Source: Phycisphaerae bacterium
GTDB taxonomy: Bacteria > Planctomycetota > Phycisphaerae > UBA1845 > JAFGLZ01
DNA: 64,000 nt
Direction: 5' to 3'
Assembly: GCA_016927755.1 (NCBI GenBank)
Contig: JAFGLZ010000104.1
Coordinates: forward strand, 1,737-65,736
The position numbers were made by a program, and so were the translations under genes. Shown piece after piece: positions 14,343 through 24,100 of this stretch. The notes below the pieces were generated by a model. That model was not told where the DNA came from, did no database searches, and saw only the letters and a program-made list of their open reading frames with translations. Positions within the stretch are counted from its first letter, which is position 1. The number at the start of each line of letters is the position of its first letter.

Positions 14343-14567
14343 CTACGACTTGCCCGAACGCGCCGCGCGGGGCTTTCCGGTCCGGAGACTCTCGAGACGC
14401 GCCATCGCAGCGCAATCGAACAGGACTTCGCCGCAGTCGGGGCATTCCTGGCGTTCCAGTTCGGGCACGACCACTGTTCGCCCCTGGATCTCGGTCGTGT
14501 AGTCCGAGCGCACGACTTTTATCCCACGGCTCCCACAGGTCGGACATTTGGTCAGCACGGGACTCAT
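14343..14567 (-). CDS. YgiT-type zinc-finger protein (MqsA N-terminal domain only), putative antitoxin
   Basis: CPTCG...CPDCGE four-cysteine zinc ribbon in 74 aa. No HTH domain. Starts 14 nt downstream of the putative toxin gene. Confidence 0.65.
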   Translation of the reverse strand: MSPVLTKCPTCGSRGIKVVRSDYTTEIQGRTVVVPELERQECPDCGEVLFDCAAMARLESLRTGKPRAARSGKS

Positions 14568-14581
14568 CGTCTTGCTCTGAT

Positions 14582-14890
14582 CTAGAGAGATCGCTTACAG
14601 GACATCAACACGTAGAACACTTCCCGTTCCGGTTCCCTCACGAGTCTGCCCTTGGTGTAGATCACCACGTTGTCGAGGGTCATCCCTTTTATCACGTACA
14701 ACCGTTCGCGAGAGCTGGTTCGTAGTGAGCTTCGCGAACGAACAACCTTGTGGATGCGATGAGCGCCGACGATGGCCTCGATAACGTCGTCCTGCGTAAT
14801 GCCGTCGGCATCCATTTCGCGCTCAGCCTTGAGGGTGAAGACGAGGCTGCGCCGCAACGCCAACCGCTTGATCGTCAACAAGACGTCCAC
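14582..14890 (-). CDS. MqsR-like (or DUF4258-like) putative toxin
   Basis: 102 aa. LLTIKRL...FTLKAEREMDADGITQDDVIEAI ... VIYTKGRL ... YVLMSCKRSL parallels the MqsR pattern (IK..., T..A, G....D..E, Y.K, S.K near the C-terminus). Toxin-first gene order as in mqsRA. Visibly lower GC than the neighbours. Confidence 0.5.
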   Translation of the reverse strand: MDVLLTIKRLALRRSLVFTLKAEREMDADGITQDDVIEAIVGAHRIHKVVRSRSSLRTSSRERLYVIKGMTLDNVVIYTKGRLVREPEREVFYVLMSCKRSL

Positions 14891-14949
14891 GTAACACCAT
14901 CCTACAGCAATCGCCGAGCGAGTTGAAGCTAGCCCATGCCAGAGCTGCT

Positions 14950-15825
14950 TCAGCCGGTTCCGAATCGGCTATCCAGCTCGCGGAAGCGATCCAGGCGAAC
15001 GACTTCCGAGAATTCGGCGTAGGTCAACATGCCATCCGCCAGCGCATTCGTCGTACCGCTCTCCTTCAGCGCGGCAAGGACGTCGCGGATCGCGCCGGCC
15101 GCGGTTAGCAGGGCCGACAGCGGATACAGGGCGAGCGCGAAGCCCATCTGCTCGATCGCGTCGGGCGTCAGCGTGGCGGTCTCGTTTCCCTCGACGACGC
15201 TCATCATCAGCGGACCTTCGACGGCCTGGGCCACGGCGCGGGCGTCGTCGATCCGCTTGATGGCGTCGACGAACACCAGGTCGACGCCGGCCTCACGATA
15301 GCGCCGGGCGCGGCGGATCGCCTCCTCCAGTCCGACGGCGGCAAGGGCGTCGGTTCGGCCGATGATCACGAGGTCGTCGTCGCCTCGAGCGGCGAGCGCG
15401 CATTCGAGTCGGCGGAGCATGTCGTCGTCGGGCACGAGCTTGATGCCCGCCATGTGCCCGCAGCGCTTGGGCAGGATCTGATCCTCGAGGTGGATCGCCG
15501 CGACGCCCGCCTGTAGATACTCCTTCACCGTTCGCTCGACGTTTGCCGGTCCGCCGTAGCCGGTATCGGCGTCGGCGATCACGGGAATACTGACGGCCCG
15601 GACGATGTTCCGCGCGTGCGTGGTCATCTCGGTCTGCGTCAGCAGGCCGACGTCGGGGCAGCCGATCAGCGTGGCCGTGGCGCCGAAGCCGGTCATGTAT
15701 GCCGCTGGGAAGCCGGCTTGCTCGATGAGTCGAGCGGTCAGGGCGTCCGGTGCGCCCGGCGCCATGATGAGCTTCGGTCCTTCCAGCAGCCTGCGCAATG
15801 CCGTTGCGGAACTCATCGTGCTCAT
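14950..15825 (-). CDS. Isocitrate lyase/PEP mutase superfamily enzyme (2-methylisocitrate lyase or carboxyvinyl-carboxyphosphonate phosphorylmutase-like)
   Basis: PGAPDALTARLIEQAGF, IPVIADADTGYG, and the superfamily signature EDQILPKRCGH. Start trimmed to the ATG at 15825, which has GGAGG upstream. The ORF-track N-terminal extension lacks protein-like character. Confidence 0.8.
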   Translation of the reverse strand: MSTMSSATALRRLLEGPKLIMAPGAPDALTARLIEQAGFPAAYMTGFGATATLIGCPDVGLLTQTEMTTHARNIVRAVSIPVIADADTGYGGPANVERTVKEYLQAGVAAIHLEDQILPKRCGHMAGIKLVPDDDMLRRLECALAARGDDDLVIIGRTDALAAVGLEEAIRRARRYREAGVDLVFVDAIKRIDDARAVAQAVEGPLMMSVVEGNETATLTPDAIEQMGFALALYPLSALLTAAGAIRDVLAALKESGTTNALADGMLTYAEFSEVVRLDRFRELDSRFGTG

Positions 15826-16054
15826 ACCTCCGGGGGGACCATCACACACGCCCTGACAGGGCCTATCGGGACATACACCGTCGTCGCCAGCAGATAGGTA
15901 GTAGTCGTCCGGAACGAACAATGCAAGACGCCCTGGCGTCCTTTCGGGTCGGGACGCTTCGCGACGTGTCACAGGTAGCATCCGCCGCTGATTCATGCCG
16001 CCGCGCCCTGAGCCATGTGACGCGGCAACGCACGGCAGCGTTCGTTAAGGGGGG

Positions 16055-16669
16055 TCACTTCCTGGCCAGCTTGGCGGCGATCTGGGCCACGTGGCGGCCC
16101 TGGAATTGGGCTATGGCCAGCTCGTTGGCGCTTGGCTGCCGTGAGCCGTCCGCGTCGGCCAGCGTGGTCGCGCCATAGGGCGTCCCGCCGGTAATCTCCT
16201 TCATGTCTAGCAGGCGTGTCTCGGAGTACGGCACGCCGACGACGATCATGCCCAGATGAATGAGGGTGTTGTAGAAGCTGGTGATCGTGGTCTCCTGGCC
16301 GCCGTGTTGCGAGGCGGTGGAGACGAAGACACTGCCGACTTTGCCGATCAATGATCCCGCCAGCCACAATTTGGTGGCGCGATCCAGGAAGTTGCGCATC
16401 TGCGCGCACATGTTCCCGAATCGCGTGGGAGTGCCGAAGATGATGGCGTCGGCCTCGGCAAGTCTGTCGACCTCGGCAAGGGGTACGTGCGCGAAGGCCT
16501 GGCGTGCCTGCTTGGCGCCCGATTGTGCCAGCGCTTCGTCCGGCACGAGCTCGGGCACCTGGTAGATCGCCACCTCGGCCCCGGCAACTTCCCCGGCACC
16601 GGCGGCAACCGCCTCCGCCATTCGATAGACGTGTCCGTACATGCTGTAGAAGACGATTTGGATGTTCAT
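16055..16669 (-). CDS. wrbA: NAD(P)H:quinone oxidoreductase, flavodoxin-like WrbA
   Basis: [22 protein letters not shown] ... [12 protein letters not shown] ... [12 protein letters not shown] ... GGTPYGATT are WrbA hallmarks. Length 204 aa. The 160-codon upstream extension in the ORF track is discarded. Confidence 0.9.
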   Translation of the reverse strand: MNIQIVFYSMYGHVYRMAEAVAAGAGEVAGAEVAIYQVPELVPDEALAQSGAKQARQAFAHVPLAEVDRLAEADAIIFGTPTRFGNMCAQMRNFLDRATKLWLAGSLIGKVGSVFVSTASQHGGQETTITSFYNTLIHLGMIVVGVPYSETRLLDMKEITGGTPYGATTLADADGSRQPSANELAIAQFQGRHVAQIAAKLARK

Positions 16670-16961
16670 CGCGTCGTCCTTTCTCGGCTCGTTGAAATCT
16701 TGGATGCCCCGAGGGGCCGGGGTCGCATGGCGTGTCCGGATTTCCAGCGGCCTTTGGGGCGTGTTTGATCGATGATGGCGATCCGGACGATCCGTGGCAC
16801 GGGCACGGCGGGGACCGCTCAGGTCAATCGTTAGAGAATCGGCACGGCGTTCCTCGCTTCGTAAACTAATACGGTGTTCGCCGATTCGCCCACTCGCATC
16901 GAGCATCCAAATGGGTGTATGACGAGACCTCTTGTGGTCTGGCCTCGGGCGGGAGTCTTCG

Positions 16962-17408
16962 ATGAAGAATAATCCCGAAGTCCTTGCGGCCCTGCAACAC
17001 CTGGCCGAGGAAGGGGCCACCGAGTCCAAAGGCGGCCGTTGGTCGCTGGGGCGGCTCTGCGACCACTTGGCCAAGACGATGCGGGGCTCATTGCCTGGCG
17101 GAGATCTGGGGTCGCCGGTGATCTCCATGTGGTTGCGCCCTCTCGTCAAACGGGCCGTCTTGTGGACCGGATGGATGCCGACGGGGGCGCCCGCGCCCTC
17201 GTCGCTCGTCCCCGAGCACGAGGTTTCGGCGCAGGAGGGTGTCGACCGACTCGCCGAAGCCGTCGAGGCCTTCGATGCCCTGCCGGAAGGCGAGCGGAAT
17301 CGGATGACGCCGAGCCCCGCGATGGGTCCGATGTCCTACGACGACTGGCGAAAGCTGCACCTGATCCACGCCAGGCATCACCTCAGGAGGTTCACCGGAG
17401 AGAAGTAG
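16962..17408 (+). CDS. DUF1569/DinB-like family protein
   Basis: The C-terminal block [30 protein letters not shown] resembles the DUF1569 signature (hPxfGxls..eW..l...H..HHLrqF). Start set to the ATG at 16962, which has GGGAG upstream. Confidence 0.55.
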   Translation: MKNNPEVLAALQHLAEEGATESKGGRWSLGRLCDHLAKTMRGSLPGGDLGSPVISMWLRPLVKRAVLWTGWMPTGAPAPSSLVPEHEVSAQEGVDRLAEAVEAFDALPEGERNRMTPSPAMGPMSYDDWRKLHLIHARHHLRRFTGEK

Positions 17409-17440
17409 GTGCCGGGCACCAAGCGAAACGTGCCAAAGGA

Positions 17441-17467
17441 CAGGGCCGGCGACTCGCGCCGGCCCTG
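17441..17467. terminator. GC-rich hairpin between convergent genes (putative bidirectional terminator)
   Basis: Perfect 11-bp stem: CAGGGCCGGCG, loop actcg, CGCCGGCCCTG. Followed by tagtaccGTTTCT. Lies between the stop at 17408 (+) and the stop at 17500 (-). Confidence 0.55.
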
Positions 17468-17499
17468 TAGTACCGTTTCTCGGTGAAGCTCGGACTTGC

Positions 17500-19011
17500 C
17501 TACTGACGCTCTCGCACGACCAGGCATTGAGGCGTGCTCATGGTCACGTCGAACAGGGCGACGTCGGGCGGCTGATTCGTCGTGATGGAGGCCGCGTTAC
17601 GATAGGCGAAGATGGCGTCGTATTCCTCGCTGATCGCCCACAGCGTTCCGAAGAGGATCTCGATCTCCGGGCAATCCTCGATGCCGACGGCGTCGGTCAG
17701 GATCACGTCGGGAAGGTTGCCGCTCACCAACGTGTTCGGGTCGTCGAACCCGAGGATACCGGTCTCGCCTTGCCGATTACTCACGTACAGACGACCCGAG
17801 ACCTGAGCAACCGCCGCGGGGCTGTCGATCAGGGACGGACCTCCCAGGACGAAGTCGGGCGGCTGGTTGTCGGTCAGGGCGTCGGCGGGGCTGTAGGCCG
17901 TCACCTGGTCGCTAATCTGATTACAGACATACAGCACGTTGGCAATCACGAAGATCCGAATCGGATCGTCAAGTAGCGATCCCGCGGCATCCAACGTCAC
18001 GTCCGGGGGATCGCCGCTGGCCAGGGCACCGGGGTCGTTGTAGATCGTCACGGTGTCCGTGCCTTTGTTGGCCACGTACACGGCCGAGGCGGTCACGACC
18101 AAGCCCACGGGTTGAGAGATCGCGGATCCCGCGTTGTCCAGGATCACGTCCGGTGCGTCGCCGCTGGCAAGTGAGTTCGCGTTGCGGAAGATCCGAACCG
18201 TGTCATTGTCCTGGCTGCACACGTAGAGATCGTTGTCGTACACCTGCAGATCGCTCGGCTTGTCGATCCCTGAGCCGACGTTGTCCAGGACGGCGTCCGG
18301 TGCCTGATTGTCCGTCAGATTCAGGAAGTCCCGGAAGATCCGAACCGTGTCATTGGCCAGGCTCCCCACATAGAGGCTCGTGCTGTTCCCGCTTCCGGCG
18401 ATGTCCAGCGTCCGAGGATCGTTGATGCCCGACCCCACGGTATCCAGTATGACGTTCGGCTCCGCCCCGGTGGCCTTGGCCTGCACGTCGTAGTAGATGT
18501 AGACCTGATCGGGACCCCGATCGCCCATCGCCAGATCGACGACCTCGCAGACGTCCCCGACGCCGTCGCCGTCCTCGTCCGCCTGGTCCGCGTTCGAGAC
18601 GTTCGGACAGTTGTCACAGTCGTCGCCCACCCCGTCGCCGTCTGTATCTGTCTGCGCGGCGTTCGCCAGGTTCGGGCAGTTGTCGCAGTCGTCGCCCACT
18701 CCGTCACCATCGGTGTCGGTTTGCGTCGCGTTCGCCGCGTTGGGGCAGTTGTCGCAGGCGTCCCCGAACCCGTCGCCGTCGGTGTCGGTCTGGGCGGCAT
18801 TGGCTACGTTTGGACAGTTGTCGCAGACGTCGCCGACCCCGTCCCCGTCGACATCGGACTGGTTCGCGTTGGCCACCGTGGGACAGTTGTCACTGTCGTT
18901 GGCGACACCGTCCCCGTCCCCGTCGGGCGGGGGGCAACCCGTCATCGTAATGCTCAAAGCGATTGTCAGAAGCGTGACCCATACGGCTCCGTTGGTTGAT
19001 CCGCAAGACAT
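17500..19011 (-). CDS. Lipoprotein with thrombospondin type-3 (Ca-binding) repeats plus a C-terminal repeated beta-propeller-like domain
   Basis: Lipobox LSITMTGC. Five DNCPxxxNxxQxDxDGDGxGDxC units. Then ~6-7 copies of a ~45-aa unit (PDVxLDNxGSxIxxPxxLxV...LYVxxxxxDTVxIF). GGGAGG lies upstream of the ATG at 19011. Confidence 0.8.
   Translation of the reverse strand: MSCGSTNGAVWVTLLTIALSITMTGCPPPDGDGDGVANDSDNCPTVANANQSDVDGDGVGDVCDNCPNVANAAQTDTDGDGFGDACDNCPNAANATQTDTDGDGVGDDCDNCPNLANAAQTDTDGDGVGDDCDNCPNVSNADQADEDGDGVGDVCEVVDLAMGDRGPDQVYIYYDVQAKATGAEPNVILDTVGSGINDPRTLDIAGSGNSTSLYVGSLANDTVRIFRDFLNLTDNQAPDAVLDNVGSGIDKPSDLQVYDNDLYVCSQDNDTVRIFRNANSLASGDAPDVILDNAGSAISQPVGLVVTASAVYVANKGTDTVTIYNDPGALASGDPPDVTLDAAGSLLDDPIRIFVIANVLYVCNQISDQVTAYSPADALTDNQPPDFVLGGPSLIDSPAAVAQVSGRLYVSNRQGETGILGFDDPNTLVSGNLPDVILTDAVGIEDCPEIEILFGTLWAISEEYDAIFAYRNAASITTNQPPDVALFDVTMSTPQCLVVRERQ
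18546..18930 (-). repeat. Coding tandem repeat (69-nt period) encoding the TSP3 units
   Basis: Reiterated gacaactgcccnaac...cagaccgacaccgacggngacgg units are visible in both the DNA and the protein. Confidence 0.7.
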
Positions 19012-19084
19012 GGCAACCTCCCTACTGTCCTTTCAAGCACGCCGACTGGAATCGGCTTGTAGACGTTGACCTTACGAACCCGCG

Positions 19085-20662
19085 TTACGGCCGCTGGCGA
19101 ACGACAAGGCATTGCGGGGCCCTCATCGTCGGGTCGAACAGAATCACGCTTGCTGGCTGATTGCTGACAATCGACGCCGCATTCGCGTAACGATAGACTC
19201 CCGTGAAGGTCCGACTGATGACCCAAAGCGAGCCGAGCAGGGCCTCGGCCTCCGGACAATCCCCGATTCCCACGAAATCGGTCAGAATCAGGTCCGCGAC
19301 CGCGCCGCTGGACAACGTATTGGGGTCGTCGAAGCCGAGAAGGCCGCTGTCGCCAATGTCCGCGACGAAGAGGCGCCCACTCGTGTGAGCGACGGCGGAG
19401 GGCAGGCTCAACCCTGAGGGGCCGCCCAGGACGAAGTCGGGCGCCTGGATGTCGGTCAGCGCGTCGGCCGGGCTGTAGGCCGTTACTCTGCCGCTGTTCT
19501 CGTTGCAGACGTACAGCACGTTGGCAATCACGAAGAGCCGGATCGGATCGGCGAGCAGGGAACCCGCGGCGTCCAACGTGACGTCAGGAGGATCGCCGCT
19601 GGCCAGCGCCCCGGGGTCGTTGTAGATCGTGACGGTATCCGCGTCCTTGTTGGCCACGTAGAGGGCCGACGCCGTGACGGCCAGGCCCACGGGCCGGTCT
19701 ATGCCCGAGCCGGCGTTGTCCAAGACCACGTCCGGCGCGTCGCCGGTGGCCAGTGAGTTCACGTTGCGGAAGATCCGGACGGTATCGTTGTCCTGGCAGC
19801 AGACGTACAGATCATTGTCGTGCACCCGCAGGTCGCTCGGCTTGTCGATCCCCGAGCCGGCGTTGTCCAGGATCGCGTCCGGGGCCTGATTGTCCGTCAG
19901 ATTCAGGAAGTCCCGGAAGAGCCGAACGGTATTGTTGCCGAGGTTCCCGATGCAGAGCGTGGTGCTGTTCCCGCTCCCACTGATGTCTAGCGTGCGAGGG
20001 TCGTCGATACCCGAAGCGGCATTGTCGAGGATCACGTTCGGCTCGGCCCCGTTCGTCTTGGCCTGCACATCGTAGTAGATGTAGACCTGATCCGAGCCCT
20101 GGTCGCCCATCGCCAGATCGACGACCTCGCAGACGTCCCCGATGTTGTCCCCGTCCTCGTCCGCCTGGTCAGGGTTGGGCACGTTCGGGCAATTGTCGCA
20201 GTCGTCGCCGACCCCGTCGCCGTCGGTGTCGGTCTGCGCGGCGTTGGCCAGGCTGGGGCAATTGTCACAGTCGTCGCCGATCCCGTCGCCGTCGGTGTCG
20301 GTCTGCGCGGCGTTGGCCACGTTGGGACAGTTGTCGCAGTCGTCACCCACCCCATCGCCGTCGGTGTCGGTCTGATTGCCGTTGACTGTGTTAGGGCAGT
20401 TGTCGCAAGCGTCCCCGAGCCCGTCTCCATCCGTGTCCGTCTGCGCCGCGTTGGCCACGTTCGGGCAGTTGTCGCAGACGTCTCCAACGCCGTCTCCGTC
20501 GACGTCGGACTGATTGGCGTTCGCTACCGTCGGACAGTTGTCACTGTCGTTGGCCACGCCGTCGCCGTCTCCGTCGGGCGGAGGGCAACCGGTGATCGTA
20601 ATGCTCAGCGCAATCGTCAGCAGCGCAGCCCAAACGACTCGATTCGGCAGTTCCCGAAACAT
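19085..20662 (-). CDS. Paralogous TSP3-repeat / beta-propeller-like lipoprotein
   Basis: Same architecture and high identity to 17500..19011. Lipobox LSITITGC. Six DNCP units (one more than the paralogue). Start trimmed to the ATG at 20662, which has GGAGGAGG upstream. Confidence 0.8.
   Translation of the reverse strand: MFRELPNRVVWAALLTIALSITITGCPPPDGDGDGVANDSDNCPTVANANQSDVDGDGVGDVCDNCPNVANAAQTDTDGDGLGDACDNCPNTVNGNQTDTDGDGVGDDCDNCPNVANAAQTDTDGDGIGDDCDNCPSLANAAQTDTDGDGVGDDCDNCPNVPNPDQADEDGDNIGDVCEVVDLAMGDQGSDQVYIYYDVQAKTNGAEPNVILDNAASGIDDPRTLDISGSGNSTTLCIGNLGNNTVRLFRDFLNLTDNQAPDAILDNAGSGIDKPSDLRVHDNDLYVCCQDNDTVRIFRNVNSLATGDAPDVVLDNAGSGIDRPVGLAVTASALYVANKDADTVTIYNDPGALASGDPPDVTLDAAGSLLADPIRLFVIANVLYVCNENSGRVTAYSPADALTDIQAPDFVLGGPSGLSLPSAVAHTSGRLFVADIGDSGLLGFDDPNTLSSGAVADLILTDFVGIGDCPEAEALLGSLWVISRTFTGVYRYANAASIVSNQPASVILFDPTMRAPQCLVVRQRP
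20125..20584 (-). repeat. Coding tandem repeat (69-nt period) encoding the TSP3 units, with one extra unit relative to 18546..18930
   Basis: Six DNCP...DGDGxGD units against five in the downstream paralogue. Confidence 0.7.
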
Positions 20663-21194
20663 GACGGCCTCCTCCAATGACAGGGCCCACCGGCTCGGCG
20701 GTCCACAAATCGATGACTCGGGCAAGTGACAAGCCCCGCGCCTTGAATCCGCTTGTCCCCGCCCGCCGGATGACTCGAGATCTCGCGGAAGGCGGATCCA
20801 TCCGCTCGATCAGTTGACTACCAGCTAGGCTCAGGCCGGGGGGAGACTCGAGGAGGCCAGATCAGGTTGATACCCGGACGGCCGCGCCGCCAAACGCGTA
20901 GGGTGGTAAGGCTAGTATGCTAAGTGTGCTACGAAGACTCGAATAAGGCAAGCGAGACGACCAAAGAAAACGTTCGACGAGACCCGTGGCAACGTCTGCC
21001 GCCCGGACCAAGTCCGTCCGGGAACGCCCAGCGCGATTCCACCTGTCGGTCCATCGCAGTGCGTCCCAGGGCCATGACGTCACGCGTCCCCGGCGCATCG
21101 TCACTAGATGAACGCTAAGGTCGGCTCTTCTCTTTCGCTTCACCCAGCACTTCATTCTTCTGCCGGAATCCGCGAATCGGGGGACCCACCAGGA

Positions 21195-24100
21195 TCAGTA
21201 CCCGACCGCCTTCAACCGCGCCTCGAAGTCCGCCGGCAGGTCGGCTAGCGGCTTGGTCGCTTCGCGGCCGGCGAAGCGGAGCATGTTCCTCAGCAGCCGC
21301 TCGGCCTGGGGGACCTTGCCCAGGTTATCGCGGATGGGCAGCGTGCTTAGGATGAACTCACCGGCTCCGAGCTTGTAGACCGCCACCGCCAGCCCTGACT
21401 GATAGCCCCACGACGCATTGATCCCGCCGGCGACGGGGTCGGCGGGGGGTTCGATGTCCATGAACACGACGTCCGGGATCAGCTCGCGATAGTAGCCGTA
21501 GTCCATGACGCCGCCGGCCTGCATTCCGTCGAAGATCGGATGCCGCTTGCACCACTCGTCGGAGTGATACAGCCACCGCGCGATGCCCGCGACCTTGCCC
21601 TTGGTCTTGAGCGGCAGCCAGCCGGTCGAGTCGTTGCCTTTGGCGTAGGTGTCCGTCGTCAGGAAGATCACCGTCGAGCCTCGCGCGATTCGCTGGGCGA
21701 GGTCCTTGAAGACCACCGCGGCGTCGGCCGTCGGCTTGCCCGAGCATAGGATCACCTCTCGGGCGGTCTGCGCTCCGGGCGCGTAGGGACGATGCTTGAT
21801 GCCGCGCTCGGTGAGCCACTTGGCCAGTGCGTCGTCATGGCTCATCAGGACGACCTCGCTGTCGACCTTAGGCATCTCGGCCGGCGTCACGTCGACGTTG
21901 AACTCGACCTCCTCGCCGCAGGCCGCGGCGCCCTTTTCGAAGGTGGCGATGAAGCGGTACTTGCCTGGGGGGCCATCGATTACGACGTCCTCGGCGAAGG
22001 CCGTAAACGCCAGCGGAGGCTCGGGCTTGCCTTTCGGGTCGGCGATCGTGACCGTGATGGTCTTCTCGAAGACCCGCGCGAGGTTCGGCCCGACGACCTG
22101 CAGACGGACCGGGTACTCGCCGGGCGCGAGGACATCCTCGTTGGCCAGGACCGCTTCGAGTCGCACGGGCGTCTTGTTGTAGACGTTCATCGGCTCGACG
22201 AAGAGGCACCAGCGCAGCGGGGCCCAGACGTCGAAGATGGCGTCGGTGGTCCCGGGCTTGAGCTCGCGGAAGGTGGTCCATATGCCCTCGGCGGTCATGC
22301 CCTGATCGAGCGTGCCGGTGATGCTGTGGCCGATGCAGTTCGGATTCGCGCGGACGGCATTGACGCTGAGCAGGCGCTGACCGGCCATTCGGGCGACGCT
22401 CTGTTTGAAGAAGTCCTCGGGCCGATCGAAGACCTCGGCCAGACGGTACCGCTGCCAATCGGCCATGTACTGGTCGTACCAGCTCCGGTAGAGTTGGGCG
22501 TCCTCGACCTCGGTCTTGCCGACCTGTTCGTACCATCGAACCGTTCGCGGCAGGTCGATGGCGCTGCCGATGCCGCACTCCGACATGAACACGGGCTTGC
22601 CATTGCCGCTGATGGTACGGAGCGCTTGGATGACGTTGGCCGTATGCGGCACTCGCTGGTACGGGTGTATGTCGCTCAGAATGTCCTCCCAGACGTCCGA
22701 GCCCGGGTTGCTGACGCTGCCGAAGTTTTCCTCGGTCTTGCCGAACGGAAACAGCGCGAACGTTCCGGCATCGGGCTTGTCGCCCGGTTTCAGCATGCCG
22801 TAGCTCCAGGCGCCGTTGGGATTCTGCTTGATGGAGAAGTCCTTCTCGGCGTCCCAGGTCTTGCCCGAGGCGGATTTGACGATCACCGAGAGTGCCGTCG
22901 TGTCGGCGCCGTAGTCCTTGTTGCCCCAGCCGCAGACGGAGTCGAGCGTATCGCCCGCCTTGACGTCGATCGCGGCGGAGAACTTCGCCTCGGGCCCCTT
23001 GCCCTCGACGTTGATCGCGCCGTCGAACAGCGGTTTGCCGTTGTGCATGACGTGGAGATCGGTGGTGGCGCGTTCGGCGATGGTCTTGTACACGGCCGAC
23101 AGCTCGACTTTGTCGTCGGCCGGCGCGGTCCAGCGGACGACGGCGTATTCGCCGTACTGTCCGGGGTGGAAGGCGATCTGCCCGGGTTGCCACGTGATCC
23201 CGAGCGCCTTGATCACATGGTCCGTGCCGTTGAAGGTGACGCAGGGGTTGTCGCGGTCATTGTTGCGCCAGACTCGGATGCCCGCTGTCCCGCCCCCTTG
23301 CGCGTGCCAGTTGCCGCTGTTCAGCATCACCATCCGAGAGTCGTCCAGCTTGCGGACCTCGGGCAGGACGCTCACCGCGTGCCGGAACACCGGTCCGTCC
23401 GACGTCTCGTTCAGCAGCCCCCACATCGTGATGCACGGGTGGTTGCGGTCGCGCCGGATCATGCCGAGGACGGACTCGTTGAATCGTTCCTTCATCTTCG
23501 GGGAATCGGCCAGACACCAGCCGGCATACGCCTCCGGGTAGACCATGAGCCCGATCTCGTCGGCCAGGTCGAGCTGGTACCGTTTGGGGACGCCGGCGAT
23601 GAAGCGAATGGCGTTATACCGCATCATCTTCTGATTGATGAGATCGCGGCGGAGATAGTCCGGGTCGTGCGGCATCTCCAGGCCGATGGGGCAGCAGTTT
23701 CCGGTGTGCGAGCATCGCAAGAAGATGCGTTTGCCGTTCAGGCGGAAGTAGCCGTCCTGCAGGCGGAAGTCGCGGAAGCCGCAGCGGACGGAGTGCTCGT
23801 GGACGCCTGCCTGTGGTTGGTCTTGTGAGGGACGGGCCGAGAACACCTTGGCCGTTACGCGGTAGAGATACGGGTCGTCAAGGTTCCAGAGGCGCGGGTC
23901 GTCTACCTTCAATGTGGTTTCAACGAGGGTGTCGCCGGCCTTGAGCTCGGGCGACAGCATACTGACCGATAGGGCCTGACCCTCCCGAGCCGACGCGACG
24001 GTGAGCTGAAGATGTCCCTTGATGGGCTCCGCGCCGGCGTTGCGTATGTTCGTCTGCACGCGGATCTGTCCGGTCTTCCAGTCGGGTCGGACGAAGAGGT

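Noticed and set aside
16670-17149. 160-codon N-terminal extension of the wrbA ORF in the track. Similar upstream extensions occur at 1498, 15996, 20725, 29442, 31725, 32147, 33376, 46854, 51655, 54466, 58421 and 62010.
   Set aside because: The extensions are not protein-like. The family-typical N-termini begin at internal ATG/GTG codons that are preceded by GGAGG-like RBS sequences. Several of the extensions would overlap the preceding gene.
18546-18930. Regularly spaced DNA repeats at 18.5-18.9 kb and 20.1-20.6 kb, considered as possible CRISPR-like arrays.
   Set aside because: They lie inside intact ORFs and encode thrombospondin type-3 repeats with a 69-nt period. There is no repeat/unique-spacer alternation and there are no cas genes.
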